A stretch of 13,943 bases of DNA from a candidate division WOR-3 bacterium (GTDB taxonomy: Bacteria > Hydrothermota > Tepidihabitantia > Tepidihabitantales > Tepidihabitantaceae): NCBI GenBank assembly GCA_965648935.1, contig CBFGIY010000064.1:1-13943 (forward strand). The letters are read 5' to 3'. Positions within the stretch are counted from its first letter, which is position 1; each line of letters starts with the position of its first letter. The notes beneath the pieces are model-generated. The model was not told the DNA's origin and ran no database searches. It worked only from the letters and a program-made list of their open reading frames with translations. Below are positions 1 to 6,606 of this stretch, piece by piece. The translations under genes and the position numbers were made by a program.

Positions 1-3000
1 GCACCAACTATCTCGTCGCCTACGAAAACCACTCGGCGGGTTCGGACATATACTGCGCCCGGGTCACCCAATCGGGCCAGGTCCTTGACCCGCTCGGCAT
101 ACCGGTGGCGACCGCGCCCGGGTACCAGCTTTTCCCGCGCCTCGCTTTTGACGGCGCCAGCTATCTCATCGCCTGGGAGGACTGGCGCGGCGGCCGCTAC
201 GCCGACATCTACGCGGCGCGGGTGACGCCGGAATGCGCCGTGCTCGACTACAACGGCTTCCCGGTTTCGACCGGGCCGAACGACCAGTGGCATCCTTCAG
301 TCGAGTTCGACGGCGCCAACTGGCTCATCGTCTGGGAGGATTTCCGCGACGGCGAGCAGTTCGACATATGGGGCGCGCGGGTGGACGCGCAGGGCAGCGT
401 GCTCGCGCCGGGCGAGTTTCTCGTTTCGCCGTCGGGTTTCCCGGAAACCGGGCCGGTGCTGGCGCGCTCGGGCGATACCTGCCTTGTCTGCTGGACTCTC
501 TGGCCGCAGATCCTGGCCGAGGGCGGCATCTACGGCCGCCGCGTCGACCGCAACGGCAACATCCTTGACTCCGAGCCGATACTGGTCATCGACCGCGACA
601 GCCTTGAGTACGCCCCGGCGATGGCGGGCGGGCCGGGCGGCTGGCTGGTGACCTGGATTGATACGCGCGCGGGCAATGACGATGTGTACGGCGCGCGGGT
701 GCGCTCCGACGGCGCGGTGCTCGACCCGGTCGGCATCGCTGTCTCGACCGCAGCCCTGGCCCAGCGGCCGTGGTCAGTGGCCTTCGACGGGTCCAACTAC
801 GTCGCGGCCTGGGAGGACCGGCGTAACGCCAATGTCGCCGATGTCTACTGCGCGCGGGTGCGCTCCGACGGCGCGGTGCTCGACCCGGCCGGCATCGCGG
901 TCTGCACGATGCCCGACAACCAGACCGGGCCGGTCCTGGCCGCGGGCGCGGCCGGGACACTGGTCGTGTGGGACGACGACCGCGACGCCGAGTTCACGAG
1001 AATCTACGCGGCGCGGCTTTCGGCCGGCGGCACGATGCTCGACCCGGACGGGTTCGCCGTGCTGCTCGCGGTCAACGAGCAGAAAGAGCCGGCCGCGGCA
1101 TTCGACGGCACCAACTGGCTGGTGGTCTGGTCAGACCGGCGCGGCAGCGAATCCGACATCCGCGGCATCAGGGTCGGCGCTGCCGGGGATCCGGTCGATG
1201 CGGCGAGCTTCGCCATCTGCGCGGCGGCCGGGAACCAGGTGGCTCCGGATGTCGCTTTCGACGGCACGAACTTCCTCGTGACCTGGCAGGACAGTCGCAG
1301 CCCGGGTCCGCCCCGGGTCTACGCGGCGCGGGTGACGCGGTCGGGCGGCGTGCTCGAGCCGGACGGGTTTGCGCTCAGCACCGCGGCCTTCGAGCAGAAG
1401 GCGCCGTCGGTTGCCTATGGCAACGGGATGTACGTCGTCGTCTGGCAGGACGACCGGCTGGGCAACGACTGGGACAACATCTACGCGGCGCGCGTGACGC
1501 CGCAGGGCGCGGTGCTTGACACCATCGGCTACCCGGTCGACACCGCACCGCACTGGCAGGTCCGGCCGCGCGTCGAGTTCGGCAACACCGGGTTCCTCGT
1601 CGTGTGGCAGGACCACCGCACCGGCCTGATTGGCGACATCTACGCCTGCCGGCTGGGGCCGGACGGCGGCGCGCTCGACCCGGTGCTCGAGGGTTTCCCG
1701 GTGGTAACCGGTCCTCTCACCCAGTCCCGACCGGACCTGACATTCGACGGCGCCAACTACTTCGTGGTGTGGGAAACACAGGGCGGCGACGGCGCGACCG
1801 ACATCAAGCTGGGCCGGGTCTCGCGCGACGGCGGCGTCCTTGACCCGGGCGGCCGGTTCGTGGTCTCGGCGCCGGACAGCCAGTCCGCGCCGCGCATCGA
1901 GTATGACGGCGGCAACTGCGTCGTGCTCTGGCTCGACCACCAGCGGCGCGAGGCGCCCCGGCTGGCCGGGGCCCGGGTCAACAGCACGGGCGGGCTGTCC
2001 GGGATGCTGATGCCGGCGATACTGACCCCGGCCGAGGGATCACCCGCGCTGTGCCGCGGCGGCGCGGGCGCGCTCGCGGCCTACCCGGCGTGGACCGGGG
2101 TTCTTGACGGACGCAGGTACAACGCGTGGCGCGCCTGGGCCGAGCTCGTGCCGGCGACCGCGCCGGTCGTCGAGCCGGGCTGGTCGCGCCGGGCCGACCT
2201 CGCCGGCAACACGAAGCGCGTCAAGCACGGCGGCTGCATCGTCGCGCTGGACGAGCGGGTCTACGCGCTGGTCGGCAACAACACCGCCGACTTCCTTGTC
2301 TACGACATTCTCGCCGACCGGTGGGCGCGGGCCGCGGACCTGCCGCCCTCGGCCACGGGCCCGGAGCGCAGGGTCAACCGCGGGGCCTGCGCGGCGACCG
2401 ACGGCAACAGCGTCTATGTCATCAAGGGCAGCAACACCCGGGAATTCTGGCGCTACGAGCCGTTCTCGGGCCGCTGGCAGGAACTGCCCCAGCCCGGCTT
2501 CACCGGCCGCATCAAGGCCGGGTCCCTGGCATGGGACGGCGCGGGGTCGCTATACCTGCTGCCCGGCAACAGCGGCAACGAGTGGCGCGAGTTCGACCTG
2601 CGCTACGGGGTCTGGCGCACGCCCGCGCCCGAGACCCTGCCCGGAATGAAGTGGAAAAAGGGCAGCGTTCTGGTCGCGGGCAACGGCTGGCTCTACGCTC
2701 TGCGCGGCGGCAGCAAGACCAACGAGCTTTACCGCCTGAGCCTTGAGTTCGGGCCGCAGTCGTGGCAGCGGCTGGCCGATATGCCGGTGTACGGCTGGTC
2801 GGGCCGGCGCAAGAAACTCAAGGACGGGGCGGCCGCGGTGTATGCCGGCGACCGCATCTATGCGCTCAAGGGCGGCAACACCCACGAGTTCTACTGCTAC
2901 TTCATCGAGTCTGACTCGTGGGCCCAGCGCGAGGATGTCGGCCAGCCGTCAGGGATGCCGTTGAAGAAGGTCAAGTCGGGCGGGGCGCTGGCCTGGAGCG

Positions 3001-3353
3001 CGGCGGCGGGCGGCGTGTTTGCGACCATCGGCAACAACACCAACGATTTCTGGTTCTACACTCCGGGCCGCGACTACCTCGGCGACGGCGCGGCGTCCGT
3101 CTGGTCAGAGCGCAGACGCGACGAGGAGCTGGCTGTGTTTCCCAACCCGGCGCGCCGGACCGCGCTGGTGCGCGGGCCGGCCCCAAACAGGTCGCCGCTA
3201 CGGGTGTTTGATGCCGGGGGGCGGTGCGTGGCCGCGATAGCCGCGAACGGCAGCGGCGGCTGGGAGGTCGACGTGACCGGGCTGGCCGCGGGCGTCTACA
3301 TTGTGAGGGCCGAAGGCAGAGCAGCAGGCAGCAGGTTAGTAGTGACACATTAA
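1..3353 (+). CDS. Large secreted repeat protein, 5'-truncated by the window: at least 13 ~53-aa 'FDGxNYLVVWxDxR...DIYAARV...GxVLDPxG' beta-repeats, a 6-repeat Kelch-like propeller and a T9SS type-A-like CTD
   Basis: The frame of ORF 105..3353 is open from position 3 (TNYLVAYENHSAGSDIYCARVTQSGQVLDPLGIPV, another repeat unit), so the true start lies upstream of the window. Repeats run to about 2150. Kelch-like repeats (YALKGGNTHEFYCY...W) span about 2175-3065. The CTD starts at 3135 (VFPNPA...VFDAGGRCV...GLAAGVYIVR). Stop TAA at 3351-3353. Confidence 0.9.
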   Translation, partial: TNYLVAYENHSAGSDIYCARVTQSGQVLDPLGIPVATAPGYQLFPRLAFDGASYLIAWEDWRGGRYADIYAARVTPECAVLDYNGFPVSTGPNDQWHPSVEFDGANWLIVWEDFRDGEQFDIWGARVDAQGSVLAPGEFLVSPSGFPETGPVLARSGDTCLVCWTLWPQILAEGGIYGRRVDRNGNILDSEPILVIDRDSLEYAPAMAGGPGGWLVTWIDTRAGNDDVYGARVRSDGAVLDPVGIAVSTAALAQRPWSVAFDGSNYVAAWEDRRNANVADVYCARVRSDGAVLDPAGIAVCTMPDNQTGPVLAAGAAGTLVVWDDDRDAEFTRIYAARLSAGGTMLDPDGFAVLLAVNEQKEPAAAFDGTNWLVVWSDRRGSESDIRGIRVGAAGDPVDAASFAICAAAGNQVAPDVAFDGTNFLVTWQDSRSPGPPRVYAARVTRSGGVLEPDGFALSTAAFEQKAPSVAYGNGMYVVVWQDDRLGNDWDNIYAARVTPQGAVLDTIGYPVDTAPHWQVRPRVEFGNTGFLVVWQDHRTGLIGDIYACRLGPDGGALDPVLEGFPVVTGPLTQSRPDLTFDGANYFVVWETQGGDGATDIKLGRVSRDGGVLDPGGRFVVSAPDSQSAPRIEYDGGNCVVLWLDHQRREAPRLAGARVNSTGGLSGMLMPAILTPAEGSPALCRGGAGALAAYPAWTGVLDGRRYNAWRAWAELVPATAPVVEPGWSRRADLAGNTKRVKHGGCIVALDERVYALVGNNTADFLVYDILADRWARAADLPPSATGPERRVNRGACAATDGNSVYVIKGSNTREFWRYEPFSGRWQELPQPGFTGRIKAGSLAWDGAGSLYLLPGNSGNEWREFDLRYGVWRTPAPETLPGMKWKKGSVLVAGNGWLYALRGGSKTNELYRLSLEFGPQSWQRLADMPVYGWSGRRKKLKDGAAAVYAGDRIYALKGGNTHEFYCYFIESDSWAQREDVGQPSGMPLKKVKSGGALAWSAAAGGVFATIGNNTNDFWFYTPGRDYLGDGAASVWSERRRDEELAVFPNPARRTALVRGPAPNRSPLRVFDAGGRCVAAIAANGSGGWEVDVTGLAAGVYIVRAEGRAAGSRLVVTH
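680..903 (+). repeat. Intragenic DNA direct repeat between adjacent protein repeats (680-744 vs 839-903)
   Basis: 61 of 65 nt are identical by manual comparison, including a perfect 39-bp core (691-729 = 850-888). The offset is 159 nt, or 53 codons. Confidence 0.9.
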
Positions 3354-3443
3354 CACAGTAGGAGAAATGGAGGTGCAGACGGAGCGACAGAACACGCACG
3401 AAAGCAGAGGGCTTGAAAGAGAACAATCGACGGAGGGACTGTA

Positions 3444-4511
3444 ATGATAGCTAAGACACTGAAGACCGGGGTTCTGGTCGCGGTGGTCTTCGGGCTCGCG
3501 CTTGTCGGATGCGACAGGCTCGGCGTGCCCGACCTGAACCAGACGCCCGACCCGGCCCCGATCAGGGCCAGCGAGTACCCGATTACCCGGGACATCATCG
3601 CCGGCCAGAACATCGATGTCGGTGACATCACCATCCACTTCACCTACGACAACATCTTCATCACCTACACCACCACGGGCAACTGGTACCTGACCGAGAC
3701 GCACTGCCACATCGCGACTTCGCTCGAAGACATACCGCACAGTTCGGGCGGGATGATACCGGGCAACTTCGACTACAAGGCGCCGCACGACCCGATGGTC
3801 CAGTCCTACATGTACACCATCCCGATCAGGGATGCGTGGCGGACCGCGACCGAGCTGTATCTGGCCGCGCACTGCGCAGTGGTCAAGGTCGAGAACGGGC
3901 AGATAGTGCAGGAAGAGACAGGCTGGGGCGAGGGTGAAGACTACCCGGGCCGCAACTGGGGAATGTACATCCGCTTCCGCCTGCCGAAGCTGTGCAAGCT
4001 GCCGACGTTCCCGATCGAGGTCAAGCTCGGGCAGGTGTACAAGAACATCCCGAAGACGATGTGGCTGAGAGGCATCCCGACGGGTCAGGGCTACTACGTG
4101 CAGGATGGCGAGTGGCCCTCGTTCTGCCTGCAGACCGGCACCTACATCTACGGCGGCCGGTGGTACACCGCAGTGCTCATACCGAGCACCGCGCCGGCAG
4201 CGACCCTGCCCAACGTCATCCGCTACGGCATCGACAACAGCGAGACCCCCTACGACAAGATCAACTACCTGCTCAACACTTACCACGACGTCCACCACGT
4301 GAACATGACGGTGCTTGAGGACCTGCAGAACGTCTTCTGGCACTATCGCGGCTACAAGACCTACGACCAGCTGACGGCGCAGCAGAAGGCCTATGCCGAC
4401 GCGGCGAACACGCTCGGCGTGGGTTACTACCCGCCGGCCGGCGGCTACATGGCCGTCTTCCTGTGGATAGGCGAGAGCGTCCAGCTCACCTTCATCGAAG
4501 TCGATCCGTGA
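3444..4511 (+). CDS. Lipoprotein, 355 aa, with an uncharacterised N-terminal beta domain and a C-terminal putative thioester (TED-like) domain
   Basis: GGAGG SD near 3432 before the ATG. Basic n-region, hydrophobic h-region and lipobox LVG-C23. The C-terminal half contains FCLQ (C228), LQNVFWHY (Q295/W299) and VQLTFI (Q347). Confidence 0.85.
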   Translation: MIAKTLKTGVLVAVVFGLALVGCDRLGVPDLNQTPDPAPIRASEYPITRDIIAGQNIDVGDITIHFTYDNIFITYTTTGNWYLTETHCHIATSLEDIPHSSGGMIPGNFDYKAPHDPMVQSYMYTIPIRDAWRTATELYLAAHCAVVKVENGQIVQEETGWGEGEDYPGRNWGMYIRFRLPKLCKLPTFPIEVKLGQVYKNIPKTMWLRGIPTGQGYYVQDGEWPSFCLQTGTYIYGGRWYTAVLIPSTAPAATLPNVIRYGIDNSETPYDKINYLLNTYHDVHHVNMTVLEDLQNVFWHYRGYKTYDQLTAQQKAYADAANTLGVGYYPPAGGYMAVFLWIGESVQLTFIEVDP

Positions 4512-4535
4512 TCTAACGGGGAAGCACAGAAACGC

Positions 4536-4564
4536 GCCGGGGGGAGCAATGCGCTCCCCCCGGC
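4536..4564. terminator. Probable bidirectional intrinsic terminator hairpin between convergent genes
   Basis: Perfect 12-bp stem GCCGGGGGGAGC (4536-4547) / GCTCCCCCCGGC (4553-4564) with a 5-nt loop, lying between the stops at 4511 and 4581. The T-tails are weak on both strands. Confidence 0.75.
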
Positions 4565-4580
4565 ACTCATTCTTCGGACT

Positions 4581-5630
4581 TCAGTGGGCGACGACCACCC
4601 GGCGCGCGGTTGCCGGCGCGCGGTTGTCGGCCGACTGCCGGATGAAGTAGACGCCGGGCGCGAGGCGGGAGATGTCGTTGGAGCCGGGCTTGAGCGCGAT
4701 GACGCGGCGGCCCGTGGCGTCCATCAGGGCGAGGTCAGACCGCGCGCCGCAGAAGTCAGGAGTCAGATTCAGGATTGACCGGACAACGGAGGCGGTCGGC
4801 GCGGGGCGCGATGCGGTGGGTGCCGGGCGCTCGGCCAGCGCCACGGGCGCGGCGAGCCACGGGTCAAAGTCGACCCAGTCGCTGACCGTGTCGCCCCGGC
4901 CATCGGGGTTGAGCGACGGGTGCCAGGGGCCGGACGCGTCGCCCCACCAGTTGCGCTCGGCGGTCGCGTCCTGGCCGCCGCTGCCGGCATAGCCGACCGC
5001 TTCGCCGCTGTTGCCGAAGATGTCGCAGTGGCGGATGACGGTGTTCCTGCCGTCGGAGAAGCAGATGCCGCCGTTGCTGTTGCGTGTGACGAGACAGCTC
5101 TCGACAAGGGCGTTGCAGCCGTTGCCGAGGTCGAGCCCGCCCGGCGGGTATAGCGTCGAGCCGTTCTCCTCGATGACGCACTGTCTGACGGTCAGGCTGC
5201 CGTACTCGCAGTGCAGCGCGCCGCCCGTGCGCCCGCTGTTGCCGACAAGGCGGCAGTCCCGCAGGTAGAGCGACGCCTGGATGACGTCGATGCCGCCGCT
5301 GAATGGTCCCTGGCAGTTGGTGATGGTGAAGCCGCGGATGAGCGTGCCGGAGCCCGGCACGTTGAACAGGTCAAAGCCCTGGCGCAGGCCGCCGCCATCG
5401 ATCAGCGTATTGTCCGGGCCGCGCTCGCCGATGAGCGCGATGTCGGCGGTCGAAGGCCAGTCGTACCCGCCCGGGTATGTGCCCGGTCCGACCAGCACGG
5501 TGTCGCCGTCGCGGCAGAGGTCGAGCGCGGTCTGTATGGAACTCAACGATGAATCGGGATGGACGTACCAGATGTCGGCTGAGGCCAGGCCGAACAGGGC
5601 GGCCAGCAGGACCAGGACGGTGCTTCTCAC
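4581..5630 (-). CDS. Secreted right-handed parallel beta-helix (pectin-lyase-like fold) protein with variant CTD, 349 aa
   Basis: Start corrected to GTG at 5630, preceded by SD AAAGGAG, giving signal peptide MRSTVLVLLAALFGLASA. Contains IQTALD...GDTVLVGPGTY, IRGFTITN, GG-x-N beta-helix repeats and NWWGDASGP. CTD spans 4581-4838. Confidence 0.88.
   Translation of the reverse strand: MRSTVLVLLAALFGLASADIWYVHPDSSLSSIQTALDLCRDGDTVLVGPGTYPGGYDWPSTADIALIGERGPDNTLIDGGGLRQGFDLFNVPGSGTLIRGFTITNCQGPFSGGIDVIQASLYLRDCRLVGNSGRTGGALHCEYGSLTVRQCVIEENGSTLYPPGGLDLGNGCNALVESCLVTRNSNGGICFSDGRNTVIRHCDIFGNSGEAVGYAGSGGQDATAERNWWGDASGPWHPSLNPDGRGDTVSDWVDFDPWLAAPVALAERPAPTASRPAPTASVVRSILNLTPDFCGARSDLALMDATGRRVIALKPGSNDISRLAPGVYFIRQSADNRAPATARRVVVAH
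4599..4626. repeat. Perfect 14-bp tandem repeat (CCGGCGCGCGGTTG x2) inside the last CTD loop of the beta-helix gene
   Basis: 4599-4612 is identical to 4613-4626. Confidence 0.85.
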
Positions 5631-5707
5631 GACAGGCTCCTTTCGGGTTGGCGGGCGCGGGCTGGGTGACGGCGTTGAACGACTCTCACTTCGGAGTTCC
5701 TGATTCG

Positions 5708-5735
5708 ATTGTAAGTCACGAATGTCAAGCGTCAA
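5708..5735 (-). promoter_or_regulatory. sigma70-like promoter for the beta-helix gene: TTGACG-N16-TACAAT
   Basis: The minus strand reads TTGACG (5735-5730), a 16-nt spacer, then TACAAT (5713-5708), in an AT-rich patch. A second TTGACA lies inside the spacer (5728-5723). Confidence 0.65.
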
Positions 5736-5753
5736 GCCGCCGGCCGCGGCCGG

Positions 5754-6545
5754 TCACGACCCGGGCTTGGACATCAGCCAGTGCCAGACGCGGGCCGTGA
5801 CGTCCTGCTTCGGTTGCGGCGCGCGCCGCGGCGCAGCCCCGGCCGGTCCGGGCAACTGCAGCCGGATGTCGGGCGGCTCGGCACTGCGCTGTTGGCGGCG
5901 CTCGACCAGTTCAGGCGGCAGCTTGCCGTGGTGTTCGCGCCACTCGATCCAGGCGTAGGTGATGAAGACCGAGCTGGGCGATACCTCGAGCGCGCCGGCG
6001 TAGAGAAACATCATCTCGACCAGCCCGTCGTCGTAGACCGAGATGCGCCGGCCGAGCTTGAGGAAGTCCATCACCTCGCCGTACATCAGCGCCACGAGCG
6101 AACGGATGTATTCGGTGCCGGCCCCGCTCGACTGGAAACGGCGAATTCGGCCCACCGCGGCGGCGCGCTTCTCGGGCGTGTCGAGGGTGGCCAGGAATTC
6201 GTTGTACCTGCGGATGACCGACTGCACGAGTTCTGCGTCGTAGTGCCTGCTCGGCGCGCCACGCGGAGCCGCGGTCGGCGTCGGTCGATGCGCAACGCCG
6301 TGGCTGCGGTCCCAGTGTTCGCGCCGGACCGGGTCGCCGAGCAGTTCGTAGGCGAGGTTGATCTCCTGCATAAGCGCGGTTGCCGCGCGGCACTTTTCGG
6401 GGTCGGAGTTGAAGAAGTCCGGGTGGTGGCGCCGGGCGAGGTTCAGGTAGGCCTTGCGGATGTCGTGCTGGGCCGCGCTGTCGGCCACGCCGAGGATGGC
6501 GTAGGGGCTGCGGCGGCCGAACAGCTCGGCATCGGTCTTCTTCAC
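5754..6545 (-). CDS. J-domain (DnaJ-like, class C) protein with an uncharacterised C-terminal region, 263 aa
   Basis: N-terminal J-domain SPYAILGV...IRKAYLNLARRHHPD...MQEINLAYELLGDPVRR with an intact HPD motif. It has no G/F-rich region or zinc finger, so it is not canonical dnaJ. GTG start with a GAGG SD. Confidence 0.88.
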   Translation of the reverse strand: MKKTDAELFGRRSPYAILGVADSAAQHDIRKAYLNLARRHHPDFFNSDPEKCRAATALMQEINLAYELLGDPVRREHWDRSHGVAHRPTPTAAPRGAPSRHYDAELVQSVIRRYNEFLATLDTPEKRAAAVGRIRRFQSSGAGTEYIRSLVALMYGEVMDFLKLGRRISVYDDGLVEMMFLYAGALEVSPSSVFITYAWIEWREHHGKLPPELVERRQQRSAEPPDIRLQLPGPAGAAPRRAPQPKQDVTARVWHWLMSKPGS

Positions 6546-6567
6546 CTGTCCCTCATATTACGGATAG

Positions 6568-6596
6568 ACGATAGATCAGGATGGCCGTGCTGTCAA
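6568..6596 (-). promoter_or_regulatory. sigma70-like promoter for the J-domain gene: TTGACA-N17-TATCGT
   Basis: Perfect -35 TTGACA (6596-6591), a 17-nt spacer, and TATCGT (6573-6568), ending 22 nt before the start codon. Confidence 0.7.
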
Positions 6597-6606
6597 GTGG
6601 CCGCAG

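Noticed and set aside
105..107. ORF-track start of the 1082-aa protein
   Set aside because: The frame is open to the window edge and encodes another repeat unit, with no signal peptide or SD at 105.
5631..5700. Riboswitch in the ~70-nt leader of the beta-helix gene
   Set aside because: I recognise no aptamer consensus, and pairing is weak. An Rfam cmscan would be needed to decide.
5631..5735. N-terminal extension (MTLDIRD...) of the beta-helix ORF
   Set aside because: It overlaps the predicted promoter. The SD and signal peptide point to GTG 5630.
5740..5753. 14-bp palindrome CCGGCCGCGGCCGG after the J-domain stop
   Set aside because: It is all G/C in a very GC-rich sequence with no U-tail, so chance occurrence is plausible.
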